A stretch of 63,909 bases of DNA, filler included, from Vicugna vicugna (taxonomy: Eukaryota): assembly GCA_013265495.1 (NCBI GenBank). It is 79 parts of 76 records of this genome, joined end to end, with 100 filler letters (N's around TTAATTAATTAA, not from the genome) between each part and the next. Parts side by side here need not be neighbours in the genome. Positions count along the whole stretch, not along the records: positions 36,092 to 36,488 come from MU062488.1; positions 36,589 to 37,190 come from PNXW01024627.1; positions 37,291 to 37,686 come from MU062490.1; positions 37,787 to 38,077 come from MU062490.1; positions 38,178 to 39,262 come from MU062491.1; positions 39,363 to 40,276 come from MU062495.1; positions 40,377 to 41,879 come from MU062496.1; positions 41,980 to 42,398 come from PNXW01024644.1; 71 more parts are not named here. One strand, written 5' to 3'. Positions 36,092-49,320 of the stretch are shown in pieces (within the stretch, counting starts at the first letter, position 1; each line of letters starts with the position of its first letter). Below the pieces are notes generated by a model. It worked only from the letters and a program-made list of their open reading frames with translations. It ran no database searches and was not told where the DNA came from. A program made the position numbers and the translations under genes.

Positions 36092-36470
36092 CTCTGTTCT
36101 GTCTTTCTTTCTACTCCTTTTGGGACCCATATAATATGGATGTTACTACATTTGATGTTGTCCAAGAGGTATCAAGCTATCCTCATTTTTTAAAATACTT
36201 TTCTTTTCTTTTTTCTGTTCAGCTTGGGTAATTTCCACTCTGTGTTCCAAATCACTGATCTGTTCCTCTGAATCTTTTATTTCAGTTACTGTATTCTTCA
36301 GCTCTGCTTGGTTCTTCTTTATGTTATGTGTTGTTGTTGACATTCTCACTGGGCTCATCATTTCTGAGATTTTTTAATTTTTATTATTTAGAACATACTC
36401 CCTTATCTCTTCATTTTGCCCAATTTTCTGTGATTATTTCTGTGTGTTAAGTAGGCCGGTCACATTTCCC
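36092..36470 (-). mobile_element. Old L1M ORF1 fragment
   Basis: Minus translation KKNQAELKNTVTEIKDSEEQISDLEHRVEITQAEQKKEK resembles the ORF1p coiled coil. Confidence 0.85.
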
Positions 36471-37290
36471 AGTATCAGAGCAGAGAAGNNNNNNNNNNNN
36501 NNNNNNNNNNNNNNNNNNNNNNNNNNNNNNNNTTAATTAATTAANNNNNNNNNNNNNNNNNNNNNNNNNNNNNNNNNNNNNNNNNNNNAATGCAAGGAGA
36601 GATGTAAGCGTCCCACCACAGCAGCAGTCAGCAACTCAGTCATTCCCATAGCTGCCCCAGGCGCCTTTGGGGGTGACCCTCCCTCCAGCTCCACCTCTGG
36701 GACTGCTGGTCTGATGTCTGTCCCTCCATTTGGGTCTTCAGTGTGTGTGTGTGTGAGGGTTATCACCCCGACATAAAATCTTTTTCCTCCACTGTTACCT
36801 TTAAGGTTGAAGTAAAATTATGGCTGCGTGTCTCTCAGACCTGGTTCTGGTAGAATTTGCCTATATCTCTTGCCAGGACCTCATTCTCTCCAGCACCCCT
36901 TTCCTGCCAAGTCACTGTCATCCTGAAACCTTTCTCAAACACATAGGACTTTCCCTGGCCCTGAGCTGACTTGGGACACCAGGGTAGGGCATCTAGGACC
37001 TGCCCCAGGAGCTCTCGGCACAGGCTGAACAGGGCAGAATCTTAATGCTTCCAAAAAGGCCAGGTGCACTTGGCAAGGCAGGATTTTGACTCAGACTCTG
37101 ATGCTCACGTGTGACCAAGGTCTGACATGGAGCAGGGCTGAAGGAGGGGCAGTTTTCTCATTTCTTCACAGACTCCAGCCATCTGCCATGNNNNNNNNNN
37201 NNNNNNNNNNNNNNNNNNNNNNNNNNNNNNNNNNTTAATTAATTAANNNNNNNNNNNNNNNNNNNNNNNNNNNNNNNNNNNNNNNNNNNN

Positions 37291-37686
37291 GAGCCTATCC
37301 ATGGGATGTGGGTGTTTGACCTACAAACCACAACCGTGGAATCACAGTTCCCCCTGAAAAATGCGTGTGCTATGTTTCCCCACCTCCAGCACACACAGGA
37401 AGAAGTGTTCTGGGGTTCTGAGTGTGGGGAGGTTCTTCCAACAGAAAGCAGCACCTGGCTTTTAATAGAATGCCTTAGCTTGACTTCCCTAAGTGTTTTC
37501 CTAGGCCTAGCAGTAAGCGATGGTGGGGGATGGGCTCTAAAGCCAATTATTAGCGAGTGAGGAACACCTGCATAAAGATGCGTGGAATCTGTTTCCCCAC
37601 CTCCAGCACACACACGGAGACGTGCTCAGGTATCCTGATTGTGGGGAGGCTCCTCCAAATGACAGCAGCGCCTGGGTTCTGTTCTA
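37291..37686 (+). repeat. Satellite C (with internal deletion near 37558)
   Basis: Two cores (GTGGGGAGG..CCAA..GCAGC.CCTGG) only ~217 bp apart. Confidence 0.92.
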
Positions 37687-37786
37687 NNNNNNNNNNNNNN
37701 NNNNNNNNNNNNNNNNNNNNNNNNNNNNNNTTAATTAATTAANNNNNNNNNNNNNNNNNNNNNNNNNNNNNNNNNNNNNNNNNNNN

Positions 37787-38077
37787 AGTGCTTCTCCATG
37801 GGAAGAGGAAATTATTCACCAAAATCCCAGAACCTGGGAATAACTGTGCTCCTTGAAATATGTGTGGACTCTATTTCCCCACCCCCAGGACACACATGAA
37901 GAATTGTTCTGGTATCCTGAGTGTGGGGAGGCACTACCCACTGACAGCAGCATCTGGGATCTAATAGGTTCCCTTAGGTTATCTTCCCTGAGTGTTTTCC
38001 AAGGACGGGATGGGAGCGAAAGTTGTGGTTGTGCTCTAAAGCCAAGTAATAGCGAGTGCCTCTCTATGGACAGTGGA
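37787..38077 (+). repeat. Satellite C
   Basis: GGTATCCTGAGTGTGGGGAGGCACTACCCACTGACAGCAGCATCTGGG core. Confidence 0.92.
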
Positions 38078-38374
38078 NNNNNNNNNNNNNNNNNNNNNNN
38101 NNNNNNNNNNNNNNNNNNNNNTTAATTAATTAANNNNNNNNNNNNNNNNNNNNNNNNNNNNNNNNNNNNNNNNNNNNACTCTACCTTAACATCCATATTA
38201 GATACTTAGTAATCTTAAACTTTATTCATAGGAACACATTCCTTTTCTGGGTAGTCTTTATGTTTATTTAAATCTCTATAAGTTTTAAAGTTTTTTATAC
38301 AAAGTCAATGTCTGCCTCACTGCATCTTCTCTCCATGGGTACAATTCTGTCACTGAGAATCTCAGAGACTAAAT

Positions 38375-38600
38375 CTAATATCTTTCAAATGACAACCACT
38401 CAAATATTTGAAGTCAGATGTCATTTTCTACCTCTGGGTCTTCAAACTAAACAACCCAGTTTCTTTAGCAGAGTTATGGAAAAAGTATGTTTACAGAGCC
38501 CTCAAAATGCTGGCTTCCCTTTGGAAATTCTCCAGCTCTATTTAGAGGCTTCTGAGACGGAACAACCTGCTCCAAGTATAGAATGAATAAGTTAAAGTAC
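38375..38600 (-). mobile_element. L3/CR1 fragment
   Basis: GACAACCACTCAAATATTTGAAGTCAG...CTTCAAACTAAACAACCCAGTTTCTTTAG is typical antisense CR1/L3 RT 3' region. Confidence 0.6.
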
Positions 38601-39369
38601 CCTGAGTGAGTAATATTGCCGAATGCCTGTGACAGTTCAATTAATTTAAGCTGCTTTATATTCGTTGGTTTAGCAACTTAATGCATAATTGGCCAGTTCT
38701 AAAGTGAAAATAAACACTTCTNNNNNNNNNNNNNNNNNNNNNNNNNNNNNNNNNNNNNNNNNNNNNNNNNNNNNNNNNNNNNNNNNNNNNNNNNNNNNNN
38801 NNNNNNNNNNNNNNNNNNNNNNNNNNNNNNNNNNNNNNNNNNNNNNNNNNNNNNNNNNNNNNNNNNNNNNNNNNNNNNNNNNNNNNNNNNNNNNNNNNNN
38901 NNNNNNNNNNNNNNNNNNNNNNNNNNNNNNNNNNNNNNNNNNNNNNNNNNNNNNNNNNNNNNNNNNNNNNNNNNNNNNNNNNNNNNNNNNNNNNNNNNNN
39001 NNNNNNNNNNNNNNNNNNNNNNNNNNNNNNNNNNNNNNNNNNNNNCAAGTAACTCACTAATAGAGCATTTACGTCATGTACACAAGAATTACTGTAAAAC
39101 AGACAGGACTGTAGAATATGATAATTATAAGCATGGAGAAAATTCAAGAAGGAAAGGGATAGATTTTCTAATGCTTTTGAAACATAGTATCACTTAGTAC
39201 AAAAACTTTTGGGAGAAGGGTAAATCCTATTTTACAAACATAAAAATATAAGGCCTAGAAACNNNNNNNNNNNNNNNNNNNNNNNNNNNNNNNNNNNNNN
39301 NNNNNNTTAATTAATTAANNNNNNNNNNNNNNNNNNNNNNNNNNNNNNNNNNNNNNNNNNNNGACTCCG

Positions 39370-39945
39370 CAATCCCACAAGTTCCAAAGGACGCCAGCCC
39401 AGAACGTTCACTCCGCTCCACTTTTAACAAAAGTGAAAACTTGTCATCTAAACGTATACTCACAGGAACTGGCTAAATAAATAACAACACTACAGCCAGC
39501 CTGGCAGGCGGCACAGACCATCAAGCCAATGTTTACTCACAAGTATGGACGGACACGATGTATATTACTAGATGCAAAGAGAAGACGATAAAACAGCACT
39601 GAAATGTAGGCTTATTCACGAAGGAAAGAAAAAAAAAGCCATCAAGTCACCCGCCCTCCTGGGTGTGGGCGTCACCACTCCAAACACTCCCTGCAGCCGA
39701 CTCCCTGATCCCAGCAGGGCAGCACCACCTGCTTTTGCAGGTGAGCTCACTGGGGCCAAGTGGATCTGATCTCAGAGCCAGGGCGCCAGGCAGGCTGGCC
39801 ATGACTACCGTGCAGGCAGAGGACGGGGGCCGGGTGTAGGGGGAGCTCAGTTCTGGGCAGGGGACTTCCGAGGCATCTTTAATATCTTCTTGGGACTTCT
39901 CTGTATTTTCTAACTTGTTTACATTAGAAAATGCATTCTGTTTGT
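39370..39945 (+). mobile_element. Possible very old L1ME 3' remnants
   Basis: AACTGGCTAAATAAATAAC and CTTCTCTGTATTTTCTAACTTGTTTACATTAGAAAATGCATT; heavily decayed. Confidence 0.35.
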
Positions 39946-40376
39946 ATCTTTCTTACAAAACAGTCATGTCATTTCCAAACAACAGCATTTGCCCCTAGGC
40001 CACCCCACAGCAAAGAGGAAGGTGGCCCTGAGTCCCCCCAAGAGTGCAGTCCTGCCATCCTCAGGGCCACACCCAGCACTTCCAGTCCTCAGACCAGGAC
40101 CCGGACTTTCTAGTCTGCAGGGCAACCCTGGTTACTCAAGTCTTTCTCTCCCGGTGTCACACCTCGTTCACCTCCGCGTCTCTGCTGCTCTGCCCCATCC
40201 CTTTATCCCCCAAAGAGCTTTAAATCCATCCGGGTGCTGGGCCCAGCAGCCTGGGTCCCAGCTCTGGGTCCCCTTANNNNNNNNNNNNNNNNNNNNNNNN
40301 NNNNNNNNNNNNNNNNNNNNTTAATTAATTAANNNNNNNNNNNNNNNNNNNNNNNNNNNNNNNNNNNNNNNNNNNN

Positions 40377-41879
40377 ATGATGAACACAGAATATAGAATA
40401 CAGAGTAGAGAATATAGAACCAGAATTAAGAACATGGAAAAAAAAATCAGTATTTAGAATATAGAATTCAGAATACTGAATATAGAATTTAGATTATAGA
40501 ATGTAGGACACAGAATATAGAATGTAGAATAAGGAATGCAAAATATAGAATACAGAATATAGAATGTAGAATCCAGAAGTTAGAATATGGAAAACAGAAT
40601 ACAGAACCGAGAATATAGGACATGGAATACAGAACACAGAGTTTAGAATATATAATACAGAATACTGAATATAAAATTTTGAATATAGAATTAGAACACA
40701 GAATATGGAATGTAGAATACGGATTACAGAATAGNNNNNNNNNNNNNNNNNNNNNNNNNNNNNNNNNNNNNNNNNNNNNNNNNNNNNNNNNNNNNNNNNN
40801 NNNNNNNNNNNNNNNNNNNNNNNNNNNNNNNNNNNNNNNNNNNNNNNNNNNNNNNNNNNNNNNNNNNNNNNNNNNNNNNNNNNNNNNNNNNNNNNNNNNN
40901 NNNNNNNNNNNNNNNNNNNNNNNNNNNNNNNNNNNNNNNNNNNNNNNNNNNNNNNNNNNNNNNNNNNNNNNNNNNNNNNNNNNNNNNNNNNNNNNNNNNN
41001 NNNNNNNNNNNNNNNNNNNNNNNNNNNNNNNNNNNNNNNNNNNNNNNNNNNNNNNNNNNNNNNNNNNNNNNNNNNNNNNNNNNNNNNNNNNNNNNNNNNN
41101 NNNNNNNNNNNNNNNNNNNNNNNNNNNNNNNNNNNNNNNNNNNNNNNNNNNNNNNNNNNNNNNNNNNNNNNNNNNNNNNNNNNNNNNNNNNNNNNNNNNN
41201 NNNNNNNNNNNNNNNNNNNNNNNNNNNNNNNNNNNNNNNNNNNNNNNNNNNNNNNNNNNNNNNNNNNNNNNNNNNNNNNNNNNNNNNNNNNNNNNNNNNN
41301 NNNNNNNNNNNNNNNNNNNNNNNNNNNNNNNNNNNNNNNNNNNNNNNNNNNNNNNNNNNNNNNNNNNNNNNNNNNNNNNNNNNNNNNNNNNNNNNNNNNN
41401 NNNNNNNNNNNNNNNNNNNNNNNNNNNNNNNNNNNNNNNNNNNNNNNNNNNNNNNNNNNNNNNNNNNNNNNNNNNNNNNNNNNNNNNNNNNNNNNNNNNN
41501 NNNNNNNNNNNNNNNNNNNNNNNNNNNNNNNNNNNNNNNNNNNNNNNNNATGTAGAACACAGAATTTAGTATATAGAATACCGAATACTGAGTATATAAT
41601 TTAGAATATACAATGTAGAACACAGAATATAGAATATAGAATACGGAAAGCAGAATATAGTATACAGAATATACAATGAAGAACTCAGAATATAGAATAT
41701 GGAAAACAGAATATAAAACCCAGAATTGAGAACATGGAATGCAGAACACAGAATTTAGAATATAGAAAACAGAATACTGAATATAGAATTTCGAATATAC
41801 AATGTTGAACACAGAATTTAGAATAAAGATTAACGAATACTGAATATAGAATTTAGAATATAGAATGTAAAACCCAGAA
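40377..41879 (+). repeat. Satellite E
   Basis: Heptamer arrays on both sides of an ~815-N gap. Confidence 0.95.
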
Positions 41880-41979
41880 NNNNNNNNNNNNNNNNNNNNN
41901 NNNNNNNNNNNNNNNNNNNNNNNTTAATTAATTAANNNNNNNNNNNNNNNNNNNNNNNNNNNNNNNNNNNNNNNNNNNN

Positions 41980-42398
41980 GCTACATACATGACTGATTTG
42001 ACAAACATGCATTCCTGAGGTGAGGTCATCTGGATTACCTATCTTTCATCCTCTATAAAAGAAATATTTTCATCTAGACACGTGTACACATTTTAACATG
42101 CTTTCCCTAACACCTAAAATGCTTTCCTCTAATTCGTGCATTTTTCACAGAAAAATTGTTCTGGAATGATTTCCACCTAATAGGTATGTAATATACATGA
42201 ATTCCATCAACATGGCATTCCAGGTTCTGTACATGCTCCATGCATGACGGATTCGACAATCATGAGTTTCTGACTTGTGAGCATGTGGATTAATGACGTT
42301 TCATCTTCCGAACAAGGGGTATATACACTTTGATATGTTTACTCTGACTTCATAGGTTTTTCCTATAACCAGGATGTAAAATCGGACATTTGGCACCA
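41980..42398 (+). repeat. Satellite D
   Basis: CATCTAGACACGTGTACAC and CATGGCATTCCAGGTTC motifs. Confidence 0.93.
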
Positions 42399-42498
42399 NN
42401 NNNNNNNNNNNNNNNNNNNNNNNNNNNNNNNNNNNNNNNNNNTTAATTAATTAANNNNNNNNNNNNNNNNNNNNNNNNNNNNNNNNNNNNNNNNNNNN

Positions 42499-43196
42499 TT
42501 TCCATTTTGATCTTTTTAAGTCCTTTCTTTTGCTGACTTTGGAATTAGTTTGTTTTTATTTTGCTAAGATTAGGCTGTTAATGCTTGAAATTTTTCTTAT
42601 TTCTTGATGTAGGCCTGTATTGTTATAGACTTCCCTCTGAGAACTGCTTTTGTTGCTTCCCAGAGATGTTGGAATGTTGTGTTTTTATTTTCATTTGTTT
42701 CACTTGTTTTCTTATTTTCTCTTTGAATTCTTCATTGACCCATTGTATTTTGGTTTCTGTTTTTTTTCAGAAGCACGTTGTTTAGTCACCACATGCTTGT
42801 TTTTCCTACTTTCCTCCTGTAATTGATTTCTAGTTTCATATCACTGTGGTTAGAAAAATGCTTGACATGATTTCCAAACACTTAAATTTGTTGAGGCTTG
42901 TTTTGCAGGCTAGCATGTTATCTATCCTGGAGCACATTCTGTGTGCACTTGAAAAGAATGTGTATTCTGCCTTTTTTGGGTGCAGTGTCCTGTGGATATA
43001 GTGTCCTGTGGATATATATTAAGTCCAGCTGATCTAATGTGTCATGTAAGGCCAGTGTTTCCTTACTGACTTTCTGTCTGGATGATCTGTCCCTTGACAT
43101 AAGTGGGGTGTGTAAGTCCCCCGCTATTAATGTATTAGTGTTGTTTTCTCTCTTAATGTCTGTTAGGACTTGCTTAATACATTTAGGTGCTCCTGT
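42499..43196 (-). mobile_element. L1 ORF2 endonuclease region (degenerate)
   Basis: Minus translation DRSSRQKVSKETLALHDTLDQLDLIYIHRTL; 16-bp tandem duplication at 42984-43015. Confidence 0.92.
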
Positions 43197-43296
43197 NNNN
43201 NNNNNNNNNNNNNNNNNNNNNNNNNNNNNNNNNNNNNNNNTTAATTAATTAANNNNNNNNNNNNNNNNNNNNNNNNNNNNNNNNNNNNNNNNNNNN

Positions 43297-44164
43297 GAGT
43301 TGTGAGCACGTGGATTACTGATCTTTCATCCACCAAAGAAGCATATATACACTTATAATTATTTACTCTGCCTTCATAGGTTTTTTCTTTCACCAGGTTC
43401 TAAAATCGGACATTAGGCACCAGAAAACACTCTTTGAGCGAATTCTCACCAATACACATGTAATTAACATTGTTTACATAACCATGGCATTCCGTATTCG
43501 GAACATGTTTCATGCACAAAGATTCCTCAAACATGCATTTCTGAGTTGTGAACATGTGCATAGATGATGTTTCAGCCACCAAACAAGTTACCTNNNNNNN
43601 NNNNNNNNNNNNNNNNNNNNNNNNNNNNNNNNNNNNNNNNNNNNNNNNNNNNNNNNNNNNNNNNNNNNNNNNNNNNNNNNNNNNNNNNNNNNNNNNNNNN
43701 NNNNNNNNNNNNNNNNNNNNNNNNNNNNNNNNNNNNNNNNNNNNNNNNNNNNNNNNNNNNNNNNNNNNNNNNNNNNNNNNNNNNNNNNNNNNNNNNNNNN
43801 NNNNNNNNNNNNNNNNNNNNNNNNNNNNNNNNNNNNNNNNNNNNNNNNNNNNNNNNNNNNNNNNNNNNNNNNNNNNNNNNNNNNNNNNNNNNNNNNNNNN
43901 NNNNNNNNNNNNNNNNNNNNNNNNNNNNNNNNNNNNNNNNNNNNNNNNNNNNNNNNNNNNNNNNNNNNNNNNNNNNNNNNNNNNNNNNNNNNNNNNNNNN
44001 NNNNNNNNNNNNNNNNNNNNNNNNNNNNNNNNNNNNNNNNNNNNNNNNNNNNNNNNNNNNNNNNNNNNNNNNNNNNNNNNNNNNNNNNNNNNNNNNNNNN
44101 NTTTTTACTATATCTTCATTGTTTTTTTCAATCACCAGGTTCTAAAATCGGACATTTGGCACCA
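43297..44164 (+). repeat. Satellite D
   Basis: CACCAGGTTCTAAAATCGGACATT.GGCACCA on both sides of the gap, ~740 bp apart. Confidence 0.93.
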
Positions 44165-44821
44165 NNNNNNNNNNNNNNNNNNNNNNNNNNNNNNNNNNNN
44201 NNNNNNNNTTAATTAATTAANNNNNNNNNNNNNNNNNNNNNNNNNNNNNNNNNNNNNNNNNNNNACCCCTGGCAGTCAGAGGGCGAGTGTGTTGCAACGA
44301 CATGAACCAGCTGCCACGCTCTCAGGGGTGTGTGCTCATCTCAGCTCATCCAGGCTCAGGTGATGGCAGAGGAGAGAATGGTGGCAAGAGGTCAGCCATG
44401 AGTAGGAGGAAGCAACTGGAGTCAGCTTGGAGCCAAGTGGCTAGGAGTTCCAAGTTGAGTTGANNNNNNNNNNNNNNNNNNNNNNNNNNNNNNNNNNNNN
44501 NNNNNNNNNNNNNNNNNNNNNNNNNNNNNNNNNNNNNNNNNNNNNNNNNNNNNNNNNNNNNNNNNNNNNNNNNNNNNNNNNNNNNNNNNNNNNNNNNNNN
44601 NNNNNNNNNNNNNNNNNNNNNNNNNNNNNNNNNNNNNNNNNNNNNNNNNNNNNNNNNNNNNNNNNNNNNNNNNNNNNNNNNNNNNNNNNNNNNNNNNNNN
44701 NNNNNNNNNNNNNNNNNNNNNNNNNNNNNNNNNNNNNNNNNNNNNNNNNNNNNNNNNNNNNNNNNNNNNNNNNNNNNNNNNNNNNNNNNNNNNNNNNNNN
44801 NNNNNNNNNNNNNNNNNNNNN

Positions 44822-45301
44822 AGTAAATGTAGACTTATTCAGAGAGATATATACTCCACAGACAGAGTGGGCTGTTTCAGAAGGCAAGAGAAAGGCCATG
44901 AGGCGTGGGGGTTGGGTGCCTCAGTTTAAAGTAAAAATAGTTACACACTCCTCTGACATAGTGTGGGCTGTCTCCCTCAGCAGAGAGAGCAGCCACAAAG
45001 TGTGGTTGTTAGTTTTTAGGCACTCAGGATTTTCATATGCTAATAAGTGTGAGGATTATTCCAACCGCTTTGGGGAAGGTGTTGGGATTCCCAGGAATTG
45101 GGCCACCACTCACCCTTTGACCTTTCATGGTCAGCCTTGAACCTGTCCTGGCACCTGTGGGAGTGCCTTTTAGCATCCTGCTGTATTTCAGTGAGTGTGT
45201 ATTGAAGCTCAAGATCTACTGGGAGTTGACTTTTCCACTGTCTCGGTGCTAATGGCTGTGACTTCTAAAGGCTGTGACCAGCCCCCTTCCCTCCTGTCTC
45301 A
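44822..45301 (-). mobile_element. ERV1-type LTR (3' end lies in the gap)
   Basis: Minus strand starts TGAGACAGGAGGGAAGGGG; has TTAGCATATGAAAATCC, TATA-like TAAAAAC and CTCTCTGAATAAGTCTAC (poly-A signal region). Confidence 0.75.
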
Positions 45302-45425
45302 TGAAGGAGCTCAGGACTGATTGCANNNNNNNNNNNNNNNNNNNNNNNNNNNNNNNNNNNNNNNNNNNNTTAATTAATTAANNNNNNNNNNNNNNNNNNN
45401 NNNNNNNNNNNNNNNNNNNNNNNNN

Positions 45426-45920
45426 AATCATGCGTTTCTGACTTGTGAGCATGTGGATTACAGACCTATCTCCCTCCGAAAAAGTTGTATATAGACTTAG
45501 AAATATTTACTCTGACTTCATAGGTTTTTCCTATCACCAGGTTCTAAAATCGGACATCTGGCACCAGAAAACACTCTTTAAGCGAATTCTCACAAATACA
45601 CATATAATTTACATTGTTTAAATAACCATGGCATTCCGTATTACGAACATGATTCATGCATCACGGATTCCTCAAACTTGAATTTCTGAGTCGTGAACAT
45701 GCGCATGACTGATGTTTTAACCACCAAACAAGTTACCTATGCACTCTGAAATATTTATTTTTACTTCGTAGCTTCTGCCTATCACCAGTTTCAAGAATCA
45801 CACTTTGATCCCACAAAAACCCTCTTGGAGCGAATTCCTACCCTAGAGATATGTAATTTGAATAGATCATCTAAATTATATTCCGTGTTCCGTACATGGT
45901 ACATACATGACGGATTCGAC
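45426..45920 (+). repeat. Satellite D
   Basis: Monomer types D3 then D1, in the same order as 56616-57202. Confidence 0.93.
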
Positions 45921-46020
45921 NNNNNNNNNNNNNNNNNNNNNNNNNNNNNNNNNNNNNNNNNNNNTTAATTAATTAANNNNNNNNNNNNNNNNNNNNNNNN
46001 NNNNNNNNNNNNNNNNNNNN

Positions 46021-46517
46021 CACTCCATACATATATATGGGGAGGTACAAGCTCCAACTCTGTCTGACAGTGAAAACAGAAGGCACTTCAAACCGGAACT
46101 AGGAAACAGACTGAGAAACTAGAGTAAGGGTTTCTCCTGCAACCCGTTCCCTTTGTGCTGGATGAACGAACGTCTCTCCACATGCTCAGTTCTGAGAGTT
46201 AAGTGTGTGTGAAAGCCGTCCTTCACCTAGCTTGAAGGGNNNNNNNNNNNNNNNNNNNNNNNNNNNNNNNNNNNNNNNNNNNNNNNNNNNNNNNNNNNNN
46301 NNNNNNNNNNNNNGAAAAAGGCAGGCACTTCAAACAGGCACTAGGAAACAGACTGAGGAACAAGAGTCAGTGTTTCTCCTGCAACCCGTTCCCTTTGTGC
46401 TGGATGAACGAACGTCTCTTCACATGCTCAGTTCTGAGAGATAAGTGTGTGTGAAAGCCTTCCTTGACATATCTTGAAGGGAACACAAAGTTACTTTTCA
46501 GTAGCTACTCCACTCCA
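46021..46517 (-). repeat. Satellite B
   Basis: CCCTTTGTGCTGGATGAACGAACGTCTCT.CACATGCTCAGTTCTGAGAG occurs twice. Confidence 0.95.
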
Positions 46518-47605
46518 NNNNNNNNNNNNNNNNNNNNNNNNNNNNNNNNNNNNNNNNNNNNTTAATTAATTAANNNNNNNNNNNNNNNNNNNNNNNNNNN
46601 NNNNNNNNNNNNNNNNNCTGGGCCCAGGCCAGCCACACTGCAAAGCCTGAATCAATGATTGTTGAGTGAATACCTGAACCTCTGCCTATACCTGCATGTT
46701 GCCCCCATTTCCTCATCTCCACAGCTGGCTACCCGGCCAAAACGTCATGTAATCAGGCCTGGGCCAGGGACAGTCAAGGGGACCAGAGCTGCTCAGCTGG
46801 GGACAGGAAGCCTCAGGGGCCCTATGGCTGTCCCAAGCATCTCCTGGGGCAATTCACAGGGAAGACCAGCCAGCTTTCAGGAACAGCAATCAGGTCCCAA
46901 TCCCAGGGGTATAGGGTAGGTCTTGAGGGGTGTTTCCTGAGGCTGACTTTGTGTATGAAGGGTGTCTGGGGGTCAGGCTGCTTTCAACGTCCATTCCAGG
47001 CCCACACCCCTGCTGGCAGCATGGAGCTAGTCATAAAGGACACAGGCCGTGGGGCCAAGGCTATAGCAGGGCTCTGCTCCCTCTCTGTGGCTCAGTGTCA
47101 TTTTTCTGAGTCCTACATTGGGCCCAGGGCTTTCACAGAGATCACAGACTTGGGATGTAATCAGAGTGTGGTCACAGCCCTAGTGGTCTCAATTGAGGCC
47201 AGAGGAGCTTCAGGGGGGGTGGGGTGGNNNNNNNNNNNNNNNNNNNNNNNNNNNNNNNNNNNNNNNNNNNNNNNNNNNNNNNNNNNNNNNNNNNNNNNNN
47301 NNNNNNNNNNNNNNNNNNNNNNNNNNNNNNNNNNNNNNNNNNNNNNNNNNNNNNNNNNNNNNNNNNNNNNNNNNNNNNNGGGAGTCCCCTAAAGCAGGAA
47401 ACACAGGGCACCCTGGGGGAGCAGAGGGCGGGGCTGCAGTGTGATGCCTGCCTCACCCTTTATGGGTGTCTTGCCACCACTTTAGCGTGTGTTCTGGTGG
47501 GGTGGNNNNNNNNNNNNNNNNNNNNNNNNNNNNNNNNNNNNNNNNNNNNTTAATTAATTAANNNNNNNNNNNNNNNNNNNNNNNNNNNNNNNNNNNNNNN
47601 NNNNN

Positions 47606-47945
47606 CATACTCTACTTACTGAGCCCTACTGTGTGCTGGTTACTGACCTGGGTGGGAGGCATGCAGTGGATTAGACACAGTGAGCACACACAGCATGTTA
47701 GGAGGGACCTGTGCTCTGGAGAGCACATAAGGCTGGGGGAAGTCAGGAGTGCAGGAGTGGAGGAGAAGAGGGCCAGGTGGAGACAGTGGTGCCAGAGGAG
47801 ACAGAGAGGTGGGGCCCAGGTCGTGTAGGGCTTTATGGCTCCTGTGAGGGCTTTTCCTCAGGGCAGCGGAACCATGGCTGGGTATGGAGCAGGGGCCCGA
47901 GTCCTGAATGCTATGCAGGAAATGGAGCAGTTGTCTGCTGGGGAG
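47606..47945 (-). mobile_element. Possible L2 fragment
   Basis: TTACTGAGCCCTACTGTGTGCTGG (L2 3' end, antisense) and a purine-rich GAGGCCAG..GGCCCAGGTCGTGTAGGGCTTT tract. Confidence 0.5.
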
Positions 47946-48779
47946 NNNNNNNNNNNNNNNNNNNNNNNNNNNNNNNNNNNNNNNNNNNNTTAATTAATTA
48001 ANNNNNNNNNNNNNNNNNNNNNNNNNNNNNNNNNNNNNNNNNNNNTACCACATCTTGTAGTTAGATTTTATTTATCTTTTTTTCCCTAAATAAAAAAATT
48101 CATTTGATGAGCTCTTGTGTCAGAGGTGACGAGCAGAGAGCAAGTGTAAAACCAGGAATCATGATGCTGGTTAGTCTAAGACCATCTTCGTCACTGCGCA
48201 GATCATCTTTACTCATTTTACTGCACTTTTTGGAATCACTTTCTCACTTGCAAAAACCCCTGTGTCAGTTGGATTTGCTAGTAAAACAATTCTTTTTCTT
48301 ACCTAGGACATCAGTGATGTTTTCAAAATGATAAAAAAAACTTGCCCATGGCATTTAAACAGCTGCCTGTTCTCGTAATTCATGGCTCACGGTCTCGTAT
48401 TTGTCACAATTGGAGAACTGTATTTTCTTTGTGCAAATTCTCATTGCTTTGGTGATGCAGGGACACGTGTCCTTACTGGATGGAGTATGATAGTAGTTGT
48501 TTTCATTCTCTCCATAAATCTGGAGTCCTGTGAGTGTTATATTTCTTGTTAACTTAAAAAATAGGAATATTGTTTTTTACCTAAATATCTAACCTCACAC
48601 TAGTGATGCATATCAAATTGNNNNNNNNNNNNNNNNNNNNNNNNNNNNNNNNNNNNNNNNNNNNTTAATTAATTAANNNNNNNNNNNNNNNNNNNNNNNN
48701 NNNNNNNNNNNNNNNNNNNNCATAGGAACTGAATAGATAGATTTGAGTCAATTTTCTGTAGAAAACATAGAGTAGGCTT

Positions 48780-49010
48780 TAAGACACATAAAAATGTGTT
48801 CAGAGTTATAAATTTTTAGGAAAGTCATAAACCTACAATGAGACAAGACCTCACACTTGTCAGAAGGCTCTCATCAAAAAGAAAACAAATAGATGTTGGT
48901 GAGATTGTGGAGAAAAAGGAAAAGCGTGGACACAGTTGATAGGAATGCAAAGTATTGATTCCATTGCATATATACATCAAATTTTCTTCATCCAGTTTTC
49001 TGTCAAGGGA
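48780..49010 (+). mobile_element. Degenerate L1 ORF2 3' fragment followed by a short inverted L1 piece (~48951-49010)
   Basis: ACAATGAGACAAGACCTCACACTTGTCAGAAGG...GATGTTGGTGAGATTGTGGAGAAAA (sense), then TTCCATTGCATATATACATCAAATTTTCTTCATCCAG (antisense). Confidence 0.7.
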
Positions 49011-49220
49011 TGTTGGGACTGTCTGAAGCTCTAGAGAATAAGCACATGGGCTGAACTGATAAACAATCTGTGAGTAATGTCACATATCCAGGCTGCATAA
49101 GAAATGGCCTACTCAATGTATCCAGTATGGATGGCTGGATAGCCTATGCTGGGTAAGATCGTCAGAGGAGAACATCCTAAGACAGGCAAAGCCGGCTGGA
49201 TAAGAGATGGCCTACTTAAT
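49011..49220 (+). mobile_element. Possible LTR 5' fragment inserted in L1
   Basis: Abrupt switch at TGTTGGGA; internal direct repeat GGCTG.ATAAGA.ATGGCCTACT.AAT at ~49091 and ~49194. Confidence 0.35.
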
Positions 49221-49320
49221 NNNNNNNNNNNNNNNNNNNNNNNNNNNNNNNNNNNNNNNNNNNNTTAATTAATTAANNNNNNNNNNNNNNNNNNNNNNNN
49301 NNNNNNNNNNNNNNNNNNNN